Part shown: positions 18,467 to 27,125 of the stretch, in pieces
How the letters are laid out: each line of letters opens with the position of its first letter
How positions within the stretch are numbered: position 1 is the stretch's first letter
Virus record (IMG/VR): IMGVR_UViG_3300035698_022475
Coordinates: 32,001 to 96,000 of that record
DNA from: a virus
DNA: 64,000 nucleotides
Direction: 5' to 3' (one strand)
Made by a program: the position numbers and the translations under genes
Notes under the pieces: model-generated
Databases searched by the model: none
Told to the model about the DNA's origin: nothing
Seen by the model: the letters and a program-made list of their open reading frames with translations, nothing else

Positions 18467-20476
18467 CTACTGGTACCGCACGATGCGGAGAGAAAGCCCT
18501 GGGACTCCTATTGAAATGGGAAAAACTCCTCCGAAGAAGCCCTTAATCCAAACCTTCACTTCGATGTAGTCGTTAGCCAAAAACGGAATATGATACATCT
18601 CTGCATCCGCATTAGCACTAACCCCAGCTCCCGGAAAACCAGGAACACAGTTCACGTATATCACCTGGTTTGGTGAAACCCCTCCGTTAACATGGAACCC
18701 TACTGCCACAACTGCGTCGAACAGGATTTGTTCGTTGGCAACTTGAATAAGCGCACTAACGCTGTAATTACCATCGCGCAGAATACAGATACGTTCAGGA
18801 CGAAGGCGGTCTGGGCCAAAATCAGTATCTTGGACCCCCCAATTCCACGAGGGAACTAAATATTCATTGGCCGGGATAAACGGCCCCTCAGGGTCATTTA
18901 CAAGATCCACCGCCACATCATTCATGACATGGCACTGTGACTCCCCCTCCCGCACTACTACATCAGCCGACGAAGTTACGTTATCCACTATAAACGCGTT
19001 CAGCCCCAAGTCCGTATCGAGCATGGACCGATAGCTCACCTTGTCGAAGGTGGGTCCAAACGGCTCCCCGAGAGAGCCTGTCGCGCCGTCCCATCCGAAA
19101 ATGTAGCCCAGGTATGGACCTCCTCCAGCTTGGAACTCACAGTCCCGGAAGACCGGACCCTTGTCGTCATTGGAGTCACGGCAGCCAATATATCCTCCCG
19201 GAGAAGGATTACGCATACCGTCAAAGGCTTTATTGATAACGGAGAACACACACTGATCCACGCTCTGGAAAACACACGAGGAAAAAACTCCGATACCAAA
19301 ACGTGTTTCCCGCGCATAGATAGAGATGCTATTTTTCTCATCAGGTACAAGAGGTTCCTCTACGGAGCCGACCATCGTATTCCACGTAGGATCCACTTCC
19401 ATACCCCCGAACACACAGCGATCCGTGTAGAGGCTCAAACTGCCTGTGGCATCAAGGGGTACTGCACCTCCGCTTGCGTTATTCAAGAGGGAAGATACTG
19501 ATGCCATGTCCAAGTGAAGGCGTTGTCCTCCACTCCAAGGTCCTGACCCCGGGAACGCATTCACGACAGTGATTCCACCTTCAAGACGGAAAGAGGGGCC
19601 GTAGGACTCAGGAATAATACTTGGAGAATAATCGAGAGCACGCCACCCTGTGCCTTCTCCGTTTACGAATAGCTCCGGCGGATACTGCGCAGGACTGAGC
19701 CCCACAGCCGCCCAGGCTCCCGGGTTGATGTCCCAGCGAAGCTGGTCTGCAATGATAACGTCTCTTCCAGAAAAAGTAACCTTACGGCGGTGCGGTACCC
19801 GGATAACCGCGCTCATCGAAGTGTAGTAACCTGGCGCAATGATGAACTCATACGGTGTGAGGAACTCCGCAGGGTCCACAGTGGGACCGATAGTGCTTGC
19901 CGCATACGCTATCGTCGCATAAGGCTTCTCGTGACTTCCCGTACCGGTAACGTCGCTCCCGTTCAACTGATCGACATGGATGCGACCCCACCCTGTGGGT
20001 GTAACTACTCCGCCGCCAATCACGCTATCTACCCACTTGAGGTAGGCGTCGATCTTGGATTCCCATCCACGGTAAGCGGGGTCATCCACGGAGTTGTCGA
20101 AGATGGTCTCTTCCAACGCCGGGAGAGCGAGACCGCTCACTGCCAAGCGAATGCCCATGTACAGTACCAGCACGTCCTCTGTGAGCATTCCTGCATCCAC
20201 CGTCAGGCGAATGAGACAGCCTCCGGCGTGCCCAAACGTAGCTGCTCCAATCCAGGGAGTTCCAGGCACAGGAGTAGTAATGACAACCGGAGGTCCTGGA
20301 ACCATGGACTCCTGGGGCTGTGTGAGTACTTCCCAGTCGTACGTGGAGTGAGTCACATCCTGCGCAGTGAAGTCCACATTGATACCAGCTTGAATATCCT
20401 GGGTTGCCTTCCCGAAAACACCTACTACGGGCGGCATCGCTCCCGGTTGGTCCATTTTGAAAAGCGCGGTCATCAC
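18467..20476 (-). CDS. Second tailspike/receptor-binding protein with C1q/TNF-like C-terminus
   Basis: IHVDQLNGSD.TGTGSHEKPYATIAYA motif; C-terminal I.RDGNYSVSA...LANDYIEVKV. Confidence 0.6.
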   Translation of the reverse strand: MMTALFKMDQPGAMPPVVGVFGKATQDIQAGINVDFTAQDVTHSTYDWEVLTQPQESMVPGPPVVITTPVPGTPWIGAATFGHAGGCLIRLTVDAGMLTEDVLVLYMGIRLAVSGLALPALEETIFDNSVDDPAYRGWESKIDAYLKWVDSVIGGGVVTPTGWGRIHVDQLNGSDVTGTGSHEKPYATIAYAASTIGPTVDPAEFLTPYEFIIAPGYYTSMSAVIRVPHRRKVTFSGRDVIIADQLRWDINPGAWAAVGLSPAQYPPELFVNGEGTGWRALDYSPSIIPESYGPSFRLEGGITVVNAFPGSGPWSGGQRLHLDMASVSSLLNNASGGAVPLDATGSLSLYTDRCVFGGMEVDPTWNTMVGSVEEPLVPDEKNSISIYARETRFGIGVFSSCVFQSVDQCVFSVINKAFDGMRNPSPGGYIGCRDSNDDKGPVFRDCEFQAGGGPYLGYIFGWDGATGSLGEPFGPTFDKVSYRSMLDTDLGLNAFIVDNVTSSADVVVREGESQCHVMNDVAVDLVNDPEGPFIPANEYLVPSWNWGVQDTDFGPDRLRPERICILRDGNYSVSALIQVANEQILFDAVVAVGFHVNGGVSPNQVIYVNCVPGFPGAGVSANADAEMYHIPFLANDYIEVKVWIKGFFGGVFPISIGVPGLSLRIVRYQ

Positions 20477-20492
20477 TTACTCCTTAGCGGAA

Positions 20493-21596
20493 CTAGGGGG
20501 TTTCCCCGTTGATATAGTTATCGATCATCTCGGCGGTATCCATACTATCGTAGCCTGACTCTTGTGCCGCGGCATAAGCCCACGAATCCGGATCTGCGAG
20601 GTAGTCATTAATGTCTACAGGATCGTCTTCAAATTGTTGTGCAGCACTCCCATCAACCGGATCCCCCGGGCCGCTTGAAGGGGGAGCAGTATCCGATGCC
20701 GCGGGCCCTGTAGACCCTGTCTCATTTGTGGGGGTTTCTGCTTGTGCAGTCTCTCCTACGTCGCCCTCTGAAACCTCCTCGGGGATATAGGTGCCATTCT
20801 GAATCTCGTACATTTTGCGCCGCTGGTCTTGGAGCTGCTTTGCCAAATCGGCATCTGTCCTACTGAGATCATAAGGGCCATTTGAGTTAAAAGTACTGAT
20901 GACTCCCTTCTTCACCAAAAAGTTAAAAGAGAAAGCCGCATACGTTTCTTGTCCTGCAATGAGGCGCCAATTCAAATTGGTCATGGCGCCAAAAAAAGTA
21001 AAAGAATCATAGCGAAGCTGTAGTGCGAGCCCCCGCGACGCTAGTTGCGTACCTCGCCCCAGGTACTGAAATACTCTGTAGAGGTTTACAAGCCAATTGT
21101 CCTGATACGTATTCATCACCGTACCGGTATACGTAAACACAGGAGCTTGTTGTCCGAAGAAAAACGCTACATAGTTGTCAGACAACACCTCGGAAACCTG
21201 CATCTTCTCCTCATAACGGTGGTCTGCCGTATGGAGAAGAAAATCTAAATACCCCAGACCTGCCTCGTTTTTACCGTAACCAACGAGGGCATCTACAACA
21301 CTACCAACACCTCCGTCCGGGTCCCCTCCCTTGGCTCCTTTTATTGCGCTTTTGCGTACCTTGTTAAATTGCGCCTTGGTATTGACGTTGATGTACATCC
21401 GCGCCATCGTGTCAAGGTACTCATGATTGCGGCCAGGAAGCCAACGCTCATACTGCGCAGTGCTCTGGCTATGAGCCGCAAGCACACCTCGAGCCTTGGG
21501 GTCTCGCCCACTCAACTTATTGAAATATTCAAAACTATCTGCCGTAGCACCCCCGAAAGGGTTTTTGGAGGGGTCACGCTCTGAGTACTCAACCAT
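20493..21596 (-). CDS. Tail tube initiator/baseplate-proximal protein
   Basis: Position just after tape measure; FFGQQAPVFTYTG motif; acidic C-terminal tail. Confidence 0.5.
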   Translation of the reverse strand: MVEYSERDPSKNPFGGATADSFEYFNKLSGRDPKARGVLAAHSQSTAQYERWLPGRNHEYLDTMARMYINVNTKAQFNKVRKSAIKGAKGGDPDGGVGSVVDALVGYGKNEAGLGYLDFLLHTADHRYEEKMQVSEVLSDNYVAFFFGQQAPVFTYTGTVMNTYQDNWLVNLYRVFQYLGRGTQLASRGLALQLRYDSFTFFGAMTNLNWRLIAGQETYAAFSFNFLVKKGVISTFNSNGPYDLSRTDADLAKQLQDQRRKMYEIQNGTYIPEEVSEGDVGETAQAETPTNETGSTGPAASDTAPPSSGPGDPVDGSAAQQFEDDPVDINDYLADPDSWAYAAAQESGYDSMDTAEMIDNYINGETP

Positions 21597-21598
21597 TA

Positions 21599-21808
21599 TT
21601 AACGCCTCTTGATTAGCTTCGGCGATGCTTGCAGATTCCGCACAAGAAGATCACCGGTTTCATACACTACAGTATAGGCGCGGAGGACCAACGGAGGCAA
21701 AACCAACCGCGCCACTTTTCCCTCCCGAGCATTCATCAACAGATTCTCGTGCACATACCGTAGCAGTGCTTCTCCTCGGGGCGGTATTTTTTTGACTTTC
21801 TGATCCAC
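21599..21808 (-). CDS. Small hypothetical protein
   Basis: Fills the gap between tape measure and next gene, same strand. Confidence 0.45.
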   Translation of the reverse strand: MDQKVKKIPPRGEALLRYVHENLLMNAREGKVARLVLPPLVLRAYTVVYETGDLLVRNLQASPKLIKRR

Positions 21809-21822
21809 GGTACCGTCCTAAC

Positions 21823-24800
21823 TTAGAGATTATTACTCGCCGCTCTTGCTTCCTCTGCTTTGGCAAACGCCTGCGCTGCCTTCAAAAGACTGTCAGCGGC
21901 TGGTTTGAATTTATTTCGCACAACTTCTCCGAACTCATCCTCTCCTGCCGCGGCTGCTTTCTTCTCTTGCTTAAGGCGATCTGCTTCCGTGCCGGTTGCC
22001 TCATATGCTGACTTCTCCGACAATAACTCTTCAGGAGTAATAGAAATACCGGCCATCACATCAGTACTGGCTTCAGCAGTTCCTCCGCCCTTAACGTACT
22101 TCAACAAATCCCCTGCCAAAGACTTCTGTTTACCGGTTCCGCTCTTCGACAGTTTCTCCAAAAACTCCGTAGTAGACTGTGCCGACCCTGACTTCTCCAG
22201 GCTTCCTCGTAATGATTCTACAATACCTTCAGCCCCTAGATCCTCGTAGGACTCGAGACGTGACTGTAGTCCTTTGCCTGCACCTTCTCCGAGAATACCC
22301 GCAACCGTACCTGCCATCGCCCCTGACACCGCACGGCCCTGCACAAGACCCGTCATCTTACCTATATCCCGAATACCTTGCATTCCTTTAGTGCCTGATT
22401 TACGGATGGCTTTCTTTACATCCCCGCTTACGTCAGCCTTGAGCTTCCCTTGCATACGAGTCATAAACGTAGCGTAATCCGCGTCCTTAACATTACCCGC
22501 TGCCTTCTCTTGTTCAAACAGCGCCTCCATATCTGCACTAACATCCGCACCCCCAGCAACCGCTGCCATACCTTGCATCTCGATCTTAGAAGTCTTCTGC
22601 ATAAACTTTTCGAGATCTTCCAGGCCTTCGACATCTCCCCCTTTGTACCAAGAGTTACTGAGTCCGAGCTTTCTTTCCACCGCATCAATCTCAGTATCGT
22701 AATCCTCCATTCGCGCCTCACGATTATCTTCCCCGGTCTTATTGAGTTCTAAGATCGACGCAACCTCAGAATCAGCCTCTACCTCATCAAAGATTTCACT
22801 GTCAGCACTCTTCTCTCGGGCCGCATTACTCATATCCCCGAGGAACTTCTGACGAACCTCAGGATCCATAGCGCGCCACTCCAGCTCAGAAATACCAATA
22901 GCAGCCATACCTTGGATAGCTGCCTTCTCGAAGTCTCCGCTTGTGATGCGGTCATTTGTAAAGGTTCCAGCCCTTGACTGCACCATAGACGAATAGGCTT
23001 GAGCTGCCACCGACAAAGCCTGATACCCCTTGCTGCTATCTTTACCCTTGCGCGACGACTTGGCCCCTATTTGGGACATCACATCGACTTTTTCTTTGGT
23101 AGACGCCTTTGCGCGCTTTTTACCCGCACCAAGCATTCCTACAACTCGCTCACGTTCTTGTTGCGCAGCAGCCATTACATTCCGTTCTTCGCCCGCCTCT
23201 AAGTTAGCGCCTACCATGCCCCCAAACATGAATTGCCCTACAGACTCCCCATACGGAAGACCTGCAGCAAGACTGAGGACATCTCCTATCCCACCACTCA
23301 TACCTCCCAGGGCTTCACCCGCACGGGACAGGTCCCTGTTGGATATGTCCGTCGCAACTCTGCGCGTCGAGCCTCCAGAGCGGCCTTTTGTAATATTCTC
23401 GTAATTTTTGGACAAGAAATCAGCCGCTTTACGTTCTGTTACATCCCGCCCACGGTCCCGACGCGTGATCATACGGCCCTCTTCCCATGCAGTCTCGTCG
23501 TCCATCCACTCACTGACATCGGAAGCTACACCAGAAATTTCTCTACCCGCAGCAGCAAAGGGGGCCGCGATAGACTCACCAACGCCCTTCACGAAACGGC
23601 CAGCACTGGAAGACTTCATCTTATCCCAGAGACCCGGTGCCCGTGCCTTGATGTCCGCGTACTGCTGACCTCCAAGCTCCTCGAGTCCTCGTTGTGCTTG
23701 TTGTTGTTGTGCTTTCCAGTACTCCGGATTCGACCCTTCCAACATCATCTGACGGGCAATGTCGGGCCCGTACATGGCCTGCGCTCCAACGGATAGCGCA
23801 TCAGCGCCCTTCATCCCGAGCATCTTCCCGGTATTCATGGCACCGCGGAAACGCATCAGGTTCATCTCACCTGGGGTCATAGTCTGTGCCGCCGCGGATG
23901 AAATCTCCTTCTGCATCAACCCGAAATTGGCAAGTGCCCCGATTCCGCCTTCCTGTACTGCCTGGCCTAGATTCTGAACAGCCCCCATGACCATTCCGCG
24001 AGCGCCACCACCCCCGCTGTACTGCTGAGATAGATTCCCAGTGTCGAGTCCCCAATTGCCGTCTTTATAGCCGCCCACTGAGGCTGCGAAGAGGGGAGTC
24101 CCCATGTACGCCGCCTGTGCTTGTGTATTGCGTTGCGCCACCCCATGAACTCCACCCTGCATGGCGAGCTGCATGGGGGTAAAGGTTCCGGAAGCTACCG
24201 CCTGCCGTGCAGACGACATGGCATGCATCCCGTAGCCGAACCCCGCTGCGGGAGACAGCCCCGCCTGCTGGAACGTCGCAGCACCTGGGAGGCCTCCCTG
24301 CGACTGAATACCCCCAATAGAAGTGCCCGCCGCGCGAGCATACGCCTTCATCTGGTAGGCTGCTGACTCGATCTCAGGCATCTGCATACCCATCCCACGG
24401 AGCTGTGCCATCTGGCGGATGACGCTGGTAACATCCGGGTCATTCGTCAACTGCATAAACGCACTCACTGTCCGACTGACTTTCTTCAATTGGGACTGAA
24501 TCTGCGGAACACTCTGCTCCATGTCCATGAGGCCAGATTGCCCCGCCATACTGGTCATGCGCGTCAGATCACTCCGATTGAACATTCCCCCAGTCTGTGC
24601 TTTGAACTCCTGGCTACCCGCCATCCCGCGAATACCCTGGGCCAGTTCCTGTCCTCCTTGCGGACTCAGGCCGCGTCCCATAGGATGCAAATCGGGTCCT
24701 GACATCACCCAGTTCTGAGACATCCGCTGCGCCGAAGCACCCATCTGCCGAGCGTCGATGTTGGGCTGTACAGGAGCCATGGCCATCGTACCCATTCCCT

Positions 24801-25464
24801 GGGCCGCACCGCTGGCTCCCGCGAGGGCTGCTCCCCCTATCGCTCCCGCAATCGCTCCTGCGGGCCCAAACCGGCGTCCTGCTCCTGCACCCATGAGGGC
24901 TCCAACACCCAGGCCAGCGGCAGTACCGGCCACACGAGGGGCCTGCATAATATTAGAGTAGAGCTGATCCGCCCGCTGCTCACGTTGCATAGACTTCTGC
25001 TCCCAGGCAGTCCTGAACTGTGGCTGCGGCATCTGGGGAGTAAACGGAGTAGAAAACTGGGGCATCGTAGGCATCGGAGCCATCGGCGCAAAGGCTGCCG
25101 GCGCCGTAGGTGGCCGGAATATTCCTGTCTCTGGCGGCGTCATCATCATCGGAGATGGGAGCATAGCCGGAGCACCCCCCTGCTGGAGGGACTTCTGAAG
25201 CATAGACGCCACGTACGGATTCATGGACTGTGACTGCTGTATCTGGCTGAGTTGCGCTTGAAACTGTTGTCCAAAACCCGCCGCCTGTGCCGCAGGAGAA
25301 CCCGCCATGTTCATCTGAGTAGCAATAGAGAGTTGCTGCGCAGCCTGGTTGGACATATTTAGGGCGGTCTCAGCAGGAGAAGGAGTACGCATTGAAGGAA
25401 CAGGAGACCCTCCCGGCCAGAGCCCCATGTTCATCTGCATCGAATTGTACTTACTGTCGGCCAT
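21823..25464 (-). CDS. Tail tape measure protein (1213 aa)
   Basis: Long A/G/M/Q-rich helical protein with GxxxG hydrophobic stretch, directly after chaperone pair. Confidence 0.8.
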   Translation of the reverse strand: MADSKYNSMQMNMGLWPGGSPVPSMRTPSPAETALNMSNQAAQQLSIATQMNMAGSPAAQAAGFGQQFQAQLSQIQQSQSMNPYVASMLQKSLQQGGAPAMLPSPMMMTPPETGIFRPPTAPAAFAPMAPMPTMPQFSTPFTPQMPQPQFRTAWEQKSMQREQRADQLYSNIMQAPRVAGTAAGLGVGALMGAGAGRRFGPAGAIAGAIGGAALAGASGAAQGMGTMAMAPVQPNIDARQMGASAQRMSQNWVMSGPDLHPMGRGLSPQGGQELAQGIRGMAGSQEFKAQTGGMFNRSDLTRMTSMAGQSGLMDMEQSVPQIQSQLKKVSRTVSAFMQLTNDPDVTSVIRQMAQLRGMGMQMPEIESAAYQMKAYARAAGTSIGGIQSQGGLPGAATFQQAGLSPAAGFGYGMHAMSSARQAVASGTFTPMQLAMQGGVHGVAQRNTQAQAAYMGTPLFAASVGGYKDGNWGLDTGNLSQQYSGGGGARGMVMGAVQNLGQAVQEGGIGALANFGLMQKEISSAAAQTMTPGEMNLMRFRGAMNTGKMLGMKGADALSVGAQAMYGPDIARQMMLEGSNPEYWKAQQQQAQRGLEELGGQQYADIKARAPGLWDKMKSSSAGRFVKGVGESIAAPFAAAGREISGVASDVSEWMDDETAWEEGRMITRRDRGRDVTERKAADFLSKNYENITKGRSGGSTRRVATDISNRDLSRAGEALGGMSGGIGDVLSLAAGLPYGESVGQFMFGGMVGANLEAGEERNVMAAAQQERERVVGMLGAGKKRAKASTKEKVDVMSQIGAKSSRKGKDSSKGYQALSVAAQAYSSMVQSRAGTFTNDRITSGDFEKAAIQGMAAIGISELEWRAMDPEVRQKFLGDMSNAAREKSADSEIFDEVEADSEVASILELNKTGEDNREARMEDYDTEIDAVERKLGLSNSWYKGGDVEGLEDLEKFMQKTSKIEMQGMAAVAGGADVSADMEALFEQEKAAGNVKDADYATFMTRMQGKLKADVSGDVKKAIRKSGTKGMQGIRDIGKMTGLVQGRAVSGAMAGTVAGILGEGAGKGLQSRLESYEDLGAEGIVESLRGSLEKSGSAQSTTEFLEKLSKSGTGKQKSLAGDLLKYVKGGGTAEASTDVMAGISITPEELLSEKSAYEATGTEADRLKQEKKAAAAGEDEFGEVVRNKFKPAADSLLKAAQAFAKAEEARAASNNL

Positions 25465-25801
25465 CCTCGTCCTTATCTTTGACTGTCATAGCCTCCAGAC
25501 GCTGCATCAACTTGTCTCTTTCAAATTCTTCCTCTAGTCGACTCTTCAGGCGACGCGCGTCTACCGATTCATACCTGAAATTATACCGTAGCTGGTAAAG
25601 TTCTTCCCTATACTTCTCAAGGAGATGATGCAAAGTAGCGTCAGGAATCCCCAGCCCCATAGCAATCAAGCGGGCAAAGAGGGCCACTGATGAGTATTTC
25701 TCGTTCTTATCCCGAATGATCGCTTCGGTCAAAATTCGCTCTTGAAAAGAGCCGGGAGCGGGAAGCGGTGCCCCCCGCAACAGAGCGAAGGACCTCGTCA
25801 A
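25451..25801 (-). CDS. Tail assembly chaperone, T-like part (-1 frame extension of upstream gene)
   Basis: In the -1 frame of the upstream ORF and open from the slippery site; immediately precedes tape measure. Confidence 0.7.
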   Translation of the reverse strand: MTRSFALLRGAPLPAPGSFQERILTEAIIRDKNEKYSSVALFARLIAMGLGIPDATLHHLLEKYREELYQLRYNFRYESVDARRLKSRLEEEFERDKLMQRLEAMTVKDKDEDGRQ

Positions 25802-25815
25802 ACCTACTCCCGTAT

Positions 25816-26478
25816 TTAAAAATCCTGGGGAGCCCCCTCAGCAAACACTGAGCCCATTTTGAGATCAAACCGATACACCAGCTCCATGAGCTTCGCCATG
25901 ACAATGGCTGGACGCGCCATCACAAACGACAGACGCTGCTTGAACGCGGCTTCCGTTTTTTGGTCAGTATCGACAGGAAAATCGAAAACGTTGTCGCCAT
26001 ACTTACTCAGAGAAGCCGCAACGTTGTATCGCGCAACAAGATCCTGAACACTCATGTTGTAGGTCGGATTCTCGACCTCCAAGTGCTGCTGTGCGCGGAG
26101 AGTATCACTGTAAGTCCTCGTGCGCAGCTTCACCGGCAGGGGACCAATCATGTATGACTCCTCGTAATAGTCATTCACCAGGATCTTCTCCATGATGGCC
26201 CGGGCACTCGCCAGATCAAGACCCACCTCTTCGAGGCCCGTCACATAGGCGGTCTCTCGCTCTTCAGCAGTCAGCGGTCTGATCTCTTTACCCTTATCGG
26301 CCTCTCCCTGAAGTTCTGCTTCCAGTTCTTCGAGCTGCTTTTTGAGGTCTACGGGAGCAGTACCCTCAGTCAGAGGAACCTCTACGGGTTTCTGCTTCTC
26401 GCGGGGTTGGCGGGGCTCATTAGGTCCAGAAGGACCCAGGAATTGTCCTGGGATAGGGGTCGGTGTTTTATCGTCCAT
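25816..26478 (-). CDS. Tail assembly chaperone, G-like part
   Basis: First gene of the operon with AAGGAG RBS; ends in G GAT TTT TAA. Confidence 0.7.
   Translation of the reverse strand: MDDKTPTPIPGQFLGPSGPNEPRQPREKQKPVEVPLTEGTAPVDLKKQLEELEAELQGEADKGKEIRPLTAEERETAYVTGLEEVGLDLASARAIMEKILVNDYYEESYMIGPLPVKLRTRTYSDTLRAQQHLEVENPTYNMSVQDLVARYNVAASLSKYGDNVFDFPVDTDQKTEAAFKQRLSFVMARPAIVMAKLMELVYRFDLKMGSVFAEGAPQDF
25819..25825 (-). other. Predicted -1 ribosomal frameshift heptamer G_GAU_UUU
   Basis: CAG GAT TTT TAA; -1 slip reads GGA TTT TTA AAT ACG GGA GTA GGT TTG ACG AGG into the downstream ORF. Confidence 0.75.
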
Positions 26479-26504
26479 CGGTATCTCCTTGTTTACAGGC
26501 CTTA

Positions 26505-26545
26505 ACGCCGACTATACACAAAAAGTCTGGTATAAGAAAGCAGCT
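26505..26545. promoter_or_regulatory. Divergent promoter region with back-to-back extended -10-like boxes
   Basis: TGGTATAAG on + (26528-26536) and TTTTTGTGTATAGT on - between divergent operons. Confidence 0.5.
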
Positions 26546-26567
26546 AAACCCCGTGTGAGGTTATAAA

Positions 26568-27125
26568 ATGGGATTCAACGAACAAGTTCTAAGTTGTCGT
26601 AAGTGTTCCGAATTAGCGGACACTCGTCAAAACGTCGTTCTCGGAGAAGGGGTAATCCCCTGCGATATTCTTTTCCTCGGAGAAGCCCCTGGGAGTAGGG
26701 AAGATAGTACTGGGAAACCTTATCAAGGAGCTTCCGGCCAAATACTCCGTGCTCTTATGCACACCACTGGAATCTTTGCTCTCCGCATTCACATCCTCAA
26801 CGTACTAAAATGCCGCCCTCCCAACAATCGAAATCCTCTTGAAGAGGAACTCAAAAACTGCCGTCCATTCCTGGAGCATCAGCTCAAGGTCGTTCGTCCT
26901 AAAGTTATTGTCGCCATGGGACGGTACGCCCAAGCTTTCGTGCTTGAACAGGAAGCAGCCAAAATTCAAGTCCTCAAGAACGCTGGGAAGACCAATACAT
27001 ATCGCGGCATCCCCGTCGTTCTTACTTTTCACCCTTCCTATCTTTCACGCAGCGCTAACTCACAAGTAGAAGCTGCATTCAAGATCCACCTCCAACTGGC
27101 TAAACGCCTGAGTCAAGGAGATTAG
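26568..27125 (+). CDS. udg: Family 4 uracil-DNA glycosylase (Fe-S type)
   Basis: CxxC.L...R..VV.GEG, GEAPG..ED..G.P..G.SG, NVLKCRPP.NR.P, TFHPSY motifs. Confidence 0.92.
   Translation: MGFNEQVLSCRKCSELADTRQNVVLGEGVIPCDILFLGEAPGSREDSTGKPYQGASGQILRALMHTTGIFALRIHILNVLKCRPPNNRNPLEEELKNCRPFLEHQLKVVRPKVIVAMGRYAQAFVLEQEAAKIQVLKNAGKTNTYRGIPVVLTFHPSYLSRSANSQVEAAFKIHLQLAKRLSQGD

Noticed and set aside
44-25600. Numerous plus-strand ORFs opposite the tail operon (e.g. 1938-2687, 13433-14200, 19790-20512)
   Set aside because: Antisense shadows of long, well-supported minus-strand genes
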